From positions 143,036,001-143,100,000 of the forward strand of contig CM059432.1 of the NCBI GenBank assembly GCA_030390025.1: 64,000 nt of DNA. The letters are read 5' to 3'. Under the pieces are notes generated by a model. It saw nothing but the letters and a program-made list of their open reading frames with translations, was not told where the DNA came from and made no database searches. The stretch comes from Squalus acanthias. Taxonomy: Eukaryota. A program made the translations under genes and the position numbers. Below, piece by piece: positions 1 to 12,375 of this stretch. Numbering within the stretch: the stretch's first letter is position 1; the number at the start of each line of letters is the position of its first letter.

Positions 1-2472
1 AAGTGCCAGATTATTCTAGTCCTGATCTTCACACACCGTTCCAAATTATTCTAATCCTGATATGTACACACAGTTGCAGATTATTCTAATCCTGATCTGT
101 ACACACAGTTCCAGATAATTCTAGTCCTGATCTGTACACGCAGTTCCAGATTATTCTAGTCCTGATCTGTACACACAGTTCCAGATTATTCTAGTCCTGA
201 TCTGTACACGCCGTTCCAGATTATTCTAGTCCTGATCTGTACACACAGTTCCAGATTATTCTAGTCCTGATCTGTACACATAGATCCAGATAATTCTTGT
301 TTTGATCATTACACACAGTTCTAGATGATTCTAATCCTGAGCTGTACACACAGTTCCAGATTATTCTAGTGCTGATCTGCATGCACAGTGCCAGATTATT
401 CTAGCACTGACCTTTGTACACAGTTCCAGATAATTCTAGTCCTGATCTGTACACACAGTTCCAGAATATTCTAGTCCTGTTGTGTACACACAGTTCCAGA
501 TTATTCTAGTCCTGATCTGTACACACAGTTCCAGAATATTCCAGTCCTGATCTGCACACATTGTTCCAGATAACTCTGTTTTTATCATTACTCACAGTTC
601 TAGATTATTCTATTCCTGAGCTGTACACATAGTTCCAGATTATTCTAGTCCTGATCTGTACACACAGTTCCAGATTATTCTAGTTCTGATCTCGTCACAC
701 TGTTCCAGAATATTCTAGTCTTGATCTGTACACATAATTCCAGATTATTCTGGTTTTGATCATTACACACAGTTCTAGGTTATTCCAGTCCTGATCTGTA
801 CAAGCATTTCTAGATTATTCTAACACTGATTTGTTCACACATTTCCAGTTTATTCTAGTCCTGATTTTTACACACAGTACCAGGTTATTCTAGTTTTGAT
901 CTCTACACACATTTCCACAATATTCTAGTCCTGATCTGTACACACTGTTCCAGATTATTCTAGTCCAGATATGTACATACAATTCCAGATTATTCTAGTC
1001 CTGATCTGTACACAAATTTGAACATTATTATATTCCTGATCTGTACACAGAGTTCCAGATTATTCTAGTCCTGATCTGCATACAGAGTTCCAGATTATTC
1101 TAGTCGTGATCTGTACACACAGTTCCAGATTATTCTAGCACTGACCTTTGCACACAGTTCCAGATAATTCTATTCCTGATCTGTACACACAGTTCCAGAT
1201 TATTCTAGTCCTGATCTGTACACAAAGTTGAAGATTATTCTAGTCCTGATCTGTACACACAGTTCCAGAATATTCTAGTCCTGATCTGTACACATAGATC
1301 CAGATAATTCTTGTTTTGATCATTACACACAGTTCTAGATTATTCTAATCCTGAGCTGTACACACAGTTCCAGATTATTCTAGTCCTGATCTGCATACAC
1401 AGTGCCAGATTATTCTAGCACTGACCTTTGCACACAGTTCCAGATAATTCTAGTCCTGATCTGTACACACAGTTCCAGAATATTCTAGTCCTGTTGTGTA
1501 CACACAGTTCCAGAATATTCTAGTCCTGATCTGCACATATTGTTCCAGATAATTCTGTTTTTATCATTACTCACAGTTCTAGATTATTCTATTCCTGAGC
1601 TGTACGCATAGTTCCAGATTATTCTTGTTTTGATCATTACACACAGTTCTAGGTTATTCCAGTCCTGATCTGTACAAGCATTTCTAGATTATTCTAACAC
1701 TGATTTGTTCACACATTTCCAGTTTATTCTAGTCCTCATTTTTACACACAGTACCAGGTTATTCTAGTTTTGATCTCTACACACAGTTCCACAATATTCT
1801 AGTCCTGGTCTGTACACACAGTTCCAGATTATTCTAGTCCTGATCTGTACACTTAGTTCCAGAATATTCTACTCCTGATCTGCACACATTGTTCCAGATA
1901 ATTCTGTTTTTATCATTACTCACAGTTCTAGATTATACTATTCCTGAGCTGTACACATAGTTCCAGATTATTCTAGTCCTGATCTGTACACACAGTTCCA
2001 GATTATTCCAGTTCTGATCTCTACACACAGTTCCAGAATATTCTAGTCTTGATCTGTACACATACTTCCAGATTATTCTTGTTTTGATCATTACACACAG
2101 TTCTCGGTTATTCCAGTCCTGATCTGTACAAGCATTTCTAGATTATTCTAACACTGATTTGTTCACACATTTCCAGTTTATTCTAGTCCTCATTTTTACA
2201 CACAGTACCAGGTTATTCTAGTTTTGATCTCTACACACAGTTCCACAATATTCTAGTCCTGGTCCGTACACACTGTTCCAGGTTATTCTAGTCCAGATAT
2301 GTACATACAATTCCAGATTATTCTAGTCCTGATCTGTACACAAAGTTGAAGATTATTATACTCCTGATCTGTACACAGAGTTCCAGATTATTCTAGTCCT
2401 GATCTGCATACAGAGTTGCAGATTATTCTAGTCGTGATCTGTACACACAGTTCCAGATTATTCTAGCACTGA
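1..2472. repeat. 35-bp tandem satellite (consensus CCAGATTATTCTAGTCCTGATCTGTACACACAGTT)
   Basis: Head-to-tail units with 35-nt period (e.g. CCAGA at 181 and 216), no spacers; variant monomers recur in the same order; array runs off the window start and into the gap. Confidence 0.97.
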
Positions 2473-2972
2473 NNNNNNNNNNNNNNNNNNNNNNNNNNNN
2501 NNNNNNNNNNNNNNNNNNNNNNNNNNNNNNNNNNNNNNNNNNNNNNNNNNNNNNNNNNNNNNNNNNNNNNNNNNNNNNNNNNNNNNNNNNNNNNNNNNNN
2601 NNNNNNNNNNNNNNNNNNNNNNNNNNNNNNNNNNNNNNNNNNNNNNNNNNNNNNNNNNNNNNNNNNNNNNNNNNNNNNNNNNNNNNNNNNNNNNNNNNNN
2701 NNNNNNNNNNNNNNNNNNNNNNNNNNNNNNNNNNNNNNNNNNNNNNNNNNNNNNNNNNNNNNNNNNNNNNNNNNNNNNNNNNNNNNNNNNNNNNNNNNNN
2801 NNNNNNNNNNNNNNNNNNNNNNNNNNNNNNNNNNNNNNNNNNNNNNNNNNNNNNNNNNNNNNNNNNNNNNNNNNNNNNNNNNNNNNNNNNNNNNNNNNNN
2901 NNNNNNNNNNNNNNNNNNNNNNNNNNNNNNNNNNNNNNNNNNNNNNNNNNNNNNNNNNNNNNNNNNNNNNNN
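2473..2972. other. Assembly gap (500 N)
   Basis: Exactly 500 N, a round-number scaffolding gap; true size unknown. Confidence 0.99.
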
Positions 2973-5900
2973 ACCCCGCCCGTTATACACCCCGCCCGTT
3001 ATACACTCGCCTGTTATACACCCCGCCCGTTATACACTCGCCTGGTATACATCCGCCACTTATAAAACACACCCGTTATACACCCGCCCATTATACACTC
3101 ACCCGTTATACACCCGACCGTTATACACCCCGGCCGTTATACACCCGCCCGTTATACACCTGCCCGTTATAAACCTGCCCGTTATACACCCGCCCGTTAA
3201 ACACCCGCCCGTTATACACCTGCCCGTTATACACCCGCCCGTTATACACCCGCCCGTTATACACCCGCCCGTTATACACCCGCCCGTTATACCCCCGCCC
3301 GTTATACACCTCTCCTGTTATACACCCGCCCGTTATACACCGCGCCCGTTATACACCCGCCCGTTATACACCCCGCCCGTTATACACCCGCCCATTATAC
3401 ACCTCTCCTGTTATACACCCGCCCGTTATACACCGCGCCCGTTATACACCCGCCCGTTATACACCGCGCCCGTTATACACACCGCCTTTTATACACCCGC
3501 CGGTTATACACCCACCCGTTATACACCCGCCTGTTATACACCCGCCTGTTATACACCCACCCGTTATACACCCGCCCGTTATACACTCGCCCGTTATACA
3601 CCCGCCCGTTATACACCCACCCTTTATAGACCCGCCCGTTATACACCCGCCTGTTATACACCCACCCATTATACACCCGCCTGTTATCAACCCCGCCCAT
3701 TATACACCCGCCCATTATTCAACCCGTCCGTTATACACCCGCCCGTTATACACCCCGCCCGTTATACACTCGCCTGCTATACACCCCGTCCGTTATACAC
3801 CCGCCCGTTATTCACCCGCCCATTATACACCTGCCTGTTATCAACCCCGCCCATTATACACCCGCCCGTTATTCAACCCGCCCGTTATACACCCGCCCGT
3901 TATACACCCCGCCCGTTATACACTCGCCTGCTATACACCCCGCCCGTTATACACCCGCCCGGTATACACCCGCCCGTTATACACCCCACCCCTTATAAAC
4001 CCCACCCGTTATATACCCCGCCCATTATACACTCACCGGTTATACATTCGCACGTTATACACCTGCCCATTATACACCCCGCCCGTTATACACCCGCCCA
4101 TTAAACACCCGCCAATTATACACACCGCCCGTTAAACACCCCTCCAATTATACACCCGCCCGTTATACACCTGCCCGTTATACACCCGCCCATTATACAC
4201 CCCGCCCGTTATACATCCGCCCATTATACACCCCGGCCGTTATACACCCGCCCGTTATACACCCCGGCCGTTATACACCCGCCCGTTATACACCCGTCCG
4301 TTATACACCCGCCCGTTATACACCCGCCCGTTATACACCCCGGCCGTTATACACCCGCCCGTTATTCAACCCGCCCGTTATACACCCGCCCGTTATACAC
4401 CCCGCCCGTTATACACCCGCCCGTTACACACCCGCCTGTTATACACTCGCCCGTTATACACCCATCTGTTATACACCCATCCGTTATACACCCGCCCGTT
4501 ATAAATCCCGCCCGTTATATATCCCGCCCTTTATACACCCCGCCCGTTATACACCCGCCCGTCATACACACCGCCCGTTATACACCCGCCCGTTATACAC
4601 CCGCCCGTTATACACCCGCGAGTTATACTCCCGCCCATTATACACCTGCCCGTCATACACCCCGCCCTTTATTCACCCGCCCGTTAAACACCAGCCCGTT
4701 ATACACCCGCCCGTTATACACCCATCCGTTATACACCCGCCCGTTATACACCCGCCCGTTATACACCCCGCCCGTTATACACCCGCCCGTTATATACCCA
4801 TTCGTTATACACCCACCCGTTATACACCCCACCCTTTATATACCCGCCTGTTATACACCCGTCCGTTATACACTCACCCGTTATACATCCGCCCGTTATA
4901 TACCCGCCCGTTATACACCCCGCCCGTTATATAACCCGCCCGTTATACACTCACCCGTTATACACCCGCCCGTTATACACCCCGCCCGTTATACACCCGC
5001 CCGTTATACACCCCGCCCGTTATACACACCGCCCGTTACACACCCGCCCGTTATACACCCCGCCCGTTATACACTTGCCCATTATACACCCGCCAATTAT
5101 ACACCCGCCCGTTATACACCCGCCCGTTATACACCCGCCCATTATACACCCGCCCGTTATACACCCCGCCCGTTATACACTTGCCCATTATACACCCGCC
5201 AATTATACACCCGCCCGTTATACACCCGCCCGTTATACACCCGCCCGTTATACACCCTGCCCGTTATACACCCGCCCGTTATACACACTGCCCGTTATAC
5301 ACCCGCCCGTTATACACCCGCCCGTTATACATCCGCCCATTATACACCCGCCCGTTATACACTTGCCCATTATACACCCGCCAATTATACACCCGCCCGT
5401 TATACACCCGCCCGTTATACACCCGCCCGTTATACACCCCGCCCGTTATACACTTGCCCATTATACACCCGCCAATTATACACCCGCCCGTTATACACCC
5501 GCCCGTTATACACCCGCCCGTTATACACCCGCCCGTTATACACCCGCCCGTTATACACCCACATGTTATACACCCGCCCGTTATACACCCGCCCGTTATA
5601 CACCCGCCCGTTATACACCCCACCCGTTATACACCCGCCCATTATACACCCGCCCATTATACACCCGCCCGTTATACACCCCGCTCGTTATACACCCGCC
5701 CGTTATACACCCCACCCGTTATACACCCCGCCCATTATACACCCGCCCGTTATACACCCCGCTCGTTATACACCCGCCCGTTATACACCCGCCCGTTATA
5801 CACCCGCCCGTTATACACCCCGCTCGTTATACACCCGCCCGTTATACACCCCGCCCATTATACACCCCGCCCGTTATACATTCGCCCGTTATACACCCCG

Positions 5901-6776
5901 CCCGTTATTCACCCGCCTGTTATACACCCGCCCGTTATTCACCCGCCTGTTATACACCCCGCCCGTTATACACCCCGCCCGTTATACACCTGCCTGTTAT
6001 ACACCCCGCACGTTATATACCCGCCCGTTATACACCCGCCTGTTATACACCCCGCCCGTTATACACCCGCCCGTTATACACCCCGTCCGTTATACACCCG
6101 CCCGTTATACACCCCGTCCGTTATACACCCGCCCGTTATACACCCGCCCGTTATACACCCCGCCCGTTATACACCCGCCCGTTATACACCCCGCCCGTTA
6201 TACACCCGCCCGTTATACACCCGCCCGTTATACACCCCGCCCGTTATACACCCGCCCGTTATACACCCCACCCATTATACACCCGCCCGTTATACACCCC
6301 GTCCGTTATACACCCCGCCCGTTATAATCCCCGCCCGTTATACACCCGCCCGTTATACACCCGCCCGTTATACACCCGCCCGTTATACACCCGTCCGTTA
6401 TACACCCGCCCGTTATACACCCCGTCCGTTATACACCCGCCCATTATACACCCCGCCCATTATACACCCGCCCATTATACACCCGCCCGTTATACACCCG
6501 CCCGTTATACACCCGCCCGTTATACACCCCGTCCGTTATACACCCGCCCGTTATACACCCCGTTCTTTATACACCCGCCCGTTATACACCCGCCCGTTAT
6601 ACACCCGCACGTTATACACCCGCCCGTTATACACCCGCCCGTTATACACCCGCCCGTTATACACCCGCCCGTTACACACCCCGCCCGTTATACACCCGCC
6701 CGTTACACACCCCGCCCGTTATACACCCGCCCGTTACACACCCCGCCCGTTATACACCTCTCCCAATTTTCCTTTC
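2973..6776. repeat. 15/16-bp tandem satellite (CCCGCCCGTTATACA[C])
   Basis: ~3.8 kb of 15- and 16-nt units; ends in GCCCGTTATACACCTCTCCCAATTTTCCTTTC. Confidence 0.97.
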
Positions 6777-6841
6777 TTTTGACAATAGCGTAATTTTACA
6801 CTGTTCTTCTGCTGTCCTTTTTCTCTCAGATGTTGACTGAC

Positions 6842-7110
6842 GGAAGAGTCGGAGTCGGCTATTCTGCCCTTCGAGGTTGTTCGCCCTTCAATTCGATCAT
6901 GACTGAACTGTACCTCGGCTCCATTTACCCTCCTCTGCTCCCTATCCCTCGATTCCCCAGATTTCCACTATCCTTTATGTGTAAAATGCTTCCTGATTTC
7001 CCTCCTAAACGGCCCAGCTCGAATATTAAGATTGCGCTGTTGTTGCAGCGTTGCCATGAATTTATTTATGATCCTTTTGCCACTTTCTAGATTTTATTTG
7101 ATCTCATTCT
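6842..7110 (-). mobile_element. Heavily decayed CR1 LINE 3' end
   Basis: GAGTCGGCTATTCTGCCCTTCGAG..TTCAATTCGATCATGACTGAACTGTACCTCGGCTCCATTTACCC resembles the CR1 tail at 14195-14300. Confidence 0.6.
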
Positions 7111-8160
7111 CATCTATTTGAATTATTCTACAGTGATGGATGTTGTGTTCAAAGATGGTAACACACTTTTGGAAACTGATTCGGTGTCGGTAGCTCTGTA
7201 TCCAATGGCCCAGAAGGTAAACAGAAAGGGGGGGTGGGGGGGAAGCTCCTCTGCAGTTTATCTTTGTCAAGGTTCAGTCTGATAAAGCACCTGGAGGGGT
7301 GGTTTTGAACGGGACCTTCATTATTTGCAGATCCTCCAGTCTGGCTGAAACCGCACAATTGGCCCGAATGGTGAGTAGATGCTGCCTCCTGCTGGAAAAC
7401 ATTGATCATTACAGGTCACCAACATCGCAAGCTCTCCTCCGAAAAAAGCTTGTCCTTTGAGACGTGAAATCTCTTTCCCTTCTTGAGGTGGACACTGATC
7501 TATTGAAGCCGTTTTACTTTTGACAGGTGCCACAGTGGTGAACAAAGGTTAACCCTTCTCTCCCACAAATAGATGCCCCTCCACTGTGTGAATGTTCTGT
7601 GTTATATATTAATAGTTTGTACAAATGTTTTGTGTTATATTTTAGCAGCTGGTGCGAATGTTCTGTGTTGTATTTAATAGTTTGTGAAAATTTTCTGTGT
7701 TATATTTGAATAGTTCTGCCTGATAATACTCAGCTGGCACTGCATCTCGTAAGAAAATTGAGAGACTGCCTTGGTGTCCCGGCTACCGATAGTTAAATAG
7801 AAACGACATTACTTTGTAGTGAAGGGTCGGGTATTGTAAGGTCGTGGATGTGTTGGGCTTTGTGACTTAGCAGGTTGATTACTAAGTAGTGCAGCGGTGT
7901 TTAGGACAGAGATACGAGTCAAATCGAAGGTGCGAGAAGGTGTAATTGCAGTTGTTGTGCAAGTATTTTGAAGTGCTTGAGTTTTTCAAGCAGTGGCCAC
8001 TTAAATCCAATTTGACAGGAGTCAAGAAAAAACACCCGGATAAAGCTGATTGCTTTCTGTGGACATAACTGTCCACAACAAGACCAGGTTGTGTGTAAAT
8101 AGCGATATATTTGAAGATACGAACAAGGCTTGGAATGTGTTGAAAATGCACTCGCACTTT

Positions 8161-8610
8161 CATTTATTGCCCATCCCTAATTGCCCCTCGAGAAGGTGGT
8201 GGTGAGCCGCCTTCTTGAACCGCTGCAGTCCGTGTGGTGAAGGTACTCCCACAGTGCTGTTAGGGAGGGAGTTCCTTGATTTTAACCCAGCGACGATGAA
8301 GGAACGGCCGATATATGTCCAACTCGGGATGGTGTGTGACTTGGAGGGGAACTTGGAGGTGGTGGTGTTCCCATGCGCCTGCTGTCCTTGTCCTTCTAGG
8401 TGGTGGAGGTCGCGGGTTTGGGAGGTGCTGTCGAAGGAGCCTTGGCGAGTTGCTGCAGTGCATCTTGTAGATGGTACACACTGCAGCCACGGTACGCCGG
8501 TGGTGGAGGGAGTGAATGTTTAAGGTGGTGGATGGGGTGCCAATCAAGCGGGCTGCTTTGTCCTGGATGGTGTCGAGCTTCTTGAGTGTTGTTGCAGCTG
8601 CACTCATCCA
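8161..8610 (-). mobile_element. LINE-X (CR1/L2-group LINE) 3' fragment
   Basis: Encodes WMSAAATTLKKLDTIQDKAARLIGTP..HRRTVAAVCTIYKMHC (post-RT C-terminus); near-identical to 15555-16127 and 20483-21485. Confidence 0.9.
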
Positions 8611-8777
8611 GATGTGATGGGGTGACTCCCTGGACGATTTGAACACCACGATGCCAGACATACAGATGTGGTGGCAGAATTACAATTGTGCATGTGGAGT
8701 AGCCAAAGTGTCCCCATGATTCTCAGACCTGTGCATTCGGGCGGCTTCGGACTGCCTCCACTTCCAGTTATAAACAC

Positions 8778-9778
8778 CATGATGTGGAGATGCCGGTGTT
8801 GGACTGGGGTGGACAAAAATGAGAAGTCGCACAACACCAGGTTATAGTCCAACAGATTTATTTAATTTTACAAGCTTTCGAAGCAGTTCGCTCCTTCGTC
8901 AGGTAAGTTAGCAGTGAGAGAATCTCCCAGAATTCACATCCCCACGCCTCCACTACTCGCCTTCAAGCAGCCGCCTAACCTCAAAAGTACCATCGTTCGC
9001 AGCAGATTACCCATCTTTCAGGAGAACAGCAACCAAGACACCACACAACCCTGCCACGGCAACCTCTGCAAGACATGCCAAATCATGGACACAGATACCA
9101 TCATTACACGTGAGGACACTACCCACCAGGTACACGGTACATACTCATGTGACTCGGCCAACGTTGTCTACCTGATACGTTGCAGTAAAGGATGCTCCAG
9201 AGCATGGTACATCGGCGAGACCATGCAGACACTGAGGCAACGTATGAACGGACACCGCGCAACAATCGCCAGGCAGGAGGGTTGCCTCCCACAGGGAACA
9301 CTTCAGCAGCCAGGGGCATTCAGCCTCGGATCTGCGGGTAAGCGTTCTCCAAGGCAGCCTTCGAGATACACGACAGCGCAAAATCATAGAGCAGAAACTG
9401 ATAGCCAAGTTCCGCACTCATGAGGATGGCCTCAATCGCGATATCGGGTTCATGTCACGATACAGAACGTGACTTGACATCATGGCCGGTCTTCCCAGGT
9501 GTTTTTTTTTAAAAAAAGACTAACACAAGAACACAAATTGACAGGATATGCAGCCAGCAGGTGGTTTGACACGTTGGACCCCCTGGGACACATCTCATTG
9601 TCTTGGCTGTGCTCTTTGTTGTAGGGAAAAATGTGAATAGATTTTGTCTGTGTTTAAATTGTGAATTCTGGGAGATTCTCTCATTGCTAACTTACCTGAC
9701 GAAGGAGCGAACTGCTTCGAAAGCTTGTAAAATTAAATAAATCTGTTGGACTATAACCTGGTGTTGTGCGACTTCTCA
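8778..9778 (+). mobile_element. Penelope-like element (family A), 5'-truncated, with inverted 5' pLTR copy
   Basis: GIY-YIG remnant (CHGNLCKTC..NVVYLIRC..WYIGET, frameshifted near 9290); 8821-8938 is the reverse complement of ~9660-9778; flanking direct repeat CAGTTATAAACACCA at 8765-8779 and 9777-9791. Confidence 0.93.
9692..9730 (+). ncRNA. Minimal type I hammerhead ribozyme in PLE pLTR
   Basis: TTAC-CTGACGA-A-GGAGC(gaact)GCTTC-GAAA-GC-TT-GTAA: stem I TTAC/GTAA, CUGANGA and GAAA cores, palindromic AGCT in place of stem III; antisense copy in the inverted pLTR (~8868-8907). Confidence 0.8.
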
Positions 9779-10159
9779 GTTATAAACACCAGAGGGCAGC
9801 AGATTTAGGACACGCCACCGTAACCTGAACTACACATAAAAGTAATTTAAAAGAAGCAGTTAAAATGCTAATGGATTAAGAGTAGCATCAGGCTGACTCA
9901 GAGGATTAAAGCGGAATCCATTAAATCATTAGAGAGGGTAACCAGTGGCCAAAAAAAAGATAAGAACAAAATGCATCAGTGTGGTAAGCATTTACAGAGA
10001 GATGAAAAAGACAGGCCATGGACTTTATTCCAATTCATTCCACCAAATGTCTAAGAACTTTTACAGCCTTTGAGTACAGGCCAAAAATCTATTTGAAAAG
10101 TAACGATTTGCATTCTGAATTTGCATATATAACAGGGCTGATTAACATTCTTCAATACT

Positions 10160-10422
10160 TCAAATCAGGAAGCAGTTTTTCACACACAGGCTAATGGTAA
10201 TCTGGAACTCTCTCCCCCAAAAAGCTGTTGAGGCTGGGGGTTAATTGAAAATTTCCAGAATGAGATTGATAGATTTTTGTTGGGCGAGGATATTAAAGGT
10301 TACGGAACCAAAGCGGGTAGATGTCGGGAAGATACAGATCAGCCATGATCGAATTGAAAGGCAGAACAGGCTCGAGGGGCTGAATGGCCTCCTCCTGCTC
10401 CTATCTTCTTATATTCCTTCCT
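10160..10422 (+). mobile_element. CR1 LINE 3' fragment
   Basis: TGGAACTCTCTCCCCCAAAAAGCTGTTGAGGCT.. and tail GGCTCGAGGGGCTGAATGGCCTCCTCCTGCTCCTAT. Confidence 0.85.
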
Positions 10423-11208
10423 ATAGTGGAGAGAACTGTATTGGTGCTGAGTAACTTTTCTCGGACCCCATTTATGTCTGTTTTTGAACCTATCCCCAGT
10501 GTCCATTCACGGAATTCGAGTGCCCTCTGAACTTGTCCTATCTGTGTTGTGGTTGATGGTTTATCCTCGGACTCTTTTCCTGTCAGCTCAGGTTATATCC
10601 GAGATGCTCTTCGGTCTCCTCGAATCCTCCGACCCTTCATCAAACCCTGTCCCACCCTTTTACTGACGATTACATTCCACAATCTTCAGCTCCCTTCAGT
10701 GCTCACAGCCTTGGTTTAGTGTCGAATGGCTAAAATGTTGTTCTCCTCCCTTCCTTGTCAGGGTGACAATGGACATCGATGCTCTTCGAGTTTTTACAAA
10801 TACAGAAGACGACTTTGACTCTGCTTCTGCTGAGGAAGAGTGAAGTCCTGCGTAGACTGATGGTGCATTATTTGTGGGTTTGGATCGTTTAAATCGTTAA
10901 CGACAGTCAGCCACCAGCCTGCACCTCCAGTGTGAGCTCGAGATGGGATTGGGGTTGGAGGGGAGAAGCAGGGCAAGTAGACGATACTCAGATTTAAAGG
11001 GATGCCATTCCTTAAAGGTAAGCAGCCACTTATGGGGCAAATATTATTTGAGTCTTTATGAAGACTGAAGATTGATTTTGAATGTTTGGGGTGAAGAGGA
11101 GTGGTAGACACCTTTAATGTAGAAAATATCCAAAGGCACTCTATCGGCAGATGGAGAAAATAATAGATTAAAAGGAAAATGGAATAGACAATAAGTCATG
11201 GTAAGGAG

Positions 11209-11563
11209 ATAAAGAAAGAGCTTGTATTTCTACAGCGCCTTACACGATCTCAGGACGTCCCAAAGCGCTTTACAGCCAATGAAGTGTTTTTTGAAGTGTG
11301 GTCACTGTTGTAATGTAGGAAACCTGGCAGCCAATTTATGCACAGCAAGCTCCCACAAACAGCAATGCGATAATGTGACCAGATAATCTGTTTTAGTGAT
11401 GTTGGTTGAGGGATCAATATTGACCCAGGACACCGGGGAGAACTCCCATGCTCTTCTTCAAAATTGTGCCACGGGATCTTTTACGTCCACCTGAGAGGGC
11501 AGACGGGGGCCTCAGTTTAACGCCTTATCTGAAAGACGACATCTCCAACAGTTCAGCACTCCC
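11209..11563 (-). mobile_element. Deu-domain (SacSINE1-like) SINE, headless
   Basis: Reverse complement of the body and tail of 23293-23750. Confidence 0.88.
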
Positions 11564-11639
11564 ACATGGTGGGAAGGTTAGGAGAGGTGTCCAAAAGCTT
11601 GATTAAAATGATAGGTTTTGAGGTTAGTGAGCTTTAGGA

Positions 11640-12375
11640 GGTAGCACTAAGTGAGGTACAGTGTAGGGGTGAGGTGGTGGTGGAGGAGGAAGCTGTCACA
11701 TGACTGCCATTAGTGTAATAGTGTGGTGTGGTTGGACAGCCGTGTCATGCCCTGTTGTGGCCGCAGTACTGATGTGGAGGCAGGAAGTTGATTTGGCGAA
11801 CACAGAGACTGGTAAAGTGGAAAATGAGGACAAGAGGGCTATTGTCGCTGCTGTTGTTGGCAGAAGCCCAGGAAAGGGGCCACGTGTGCTCAAGGGTTCT
11901 GTCGACCACTGCCGAGAGGAAACCTTAGCTGAGGAAATGGAAGATATCTCAGAAGCTCTGGTTTGGAAAGTAGTCATCAGCGCAAATGCGAATGAGTCAG
12001 AGAAATTGGGAGAAAGGGAATGGAGTCCTTACAGGAGAAGGTTAATAAAGGTACCCGATTTTAATTGCTCCACCATAGGTGGCCATGCCTTCAGCTACCT
12101 AGGCCCTAAGCTCTGGAATTCCCTCCCTAAACCTCTCTGCCTTTCTACCTCTCTCTCCTCCTTTAAGACATTCCTTGAATCCTACCTCTTTGGACACCTG
12201 CCCTAATATCTCCTGATGTGGCTCGGTGTCAAATCCTGTGAAGCACCCTGGGACATTTTATTATGTTAAAGGTGTATATATAAATACAACTTGTTGTTGT
12301 TGTAGTAATTGTGAGAGTCAGTGAGCTGGTAATAGATACGTGTGGAAAGCCCACTGCCGGAGATGGAGAGAGAGA
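11640..12375 (-). mobile_element. Decayed PLE (family B) RT-thumb region, interrupted by L2
   Basis: Minus strand reads like SISGSGLSTRIYYQLTDSHNY (12303-12375) and CKDSIPFSQFL..F QTRASEISS (11930-12035), matching PLE RT C-terminal motifs (YKPTD, SIPFSQ). Confidence 0.65.
12050..12302 (+). mobile_element. L2 LINE 3' end
   Basis: STIGGHAFSYLGPKLWNSLP; tail ..TATATAAATACAACTTGTTGTTGTTG; similar to 29197-29805. Confidence 0.88.

Noticed and set aside
1..2472. CRISPR-like 35-bp repeats
   Set aside because: Units are contiguous with no unique spacers, there are no cas genes, and the context is vertebrate
2463..2990. 175-aa ORF
   Set aside because: Almost entirely N gap
5075..6793. 572/533/254-aa Pro-rich ORFs (VIHPP, YTPAR, LYTRP)
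   Set aside because: Translations of a stop-free 15-nt satellite, open in all three frames, with 16-nt units switching frames
11700..12206. 168-aa ORF
   Set aside because: Antisense PLE remnant joined to an L2 fragment
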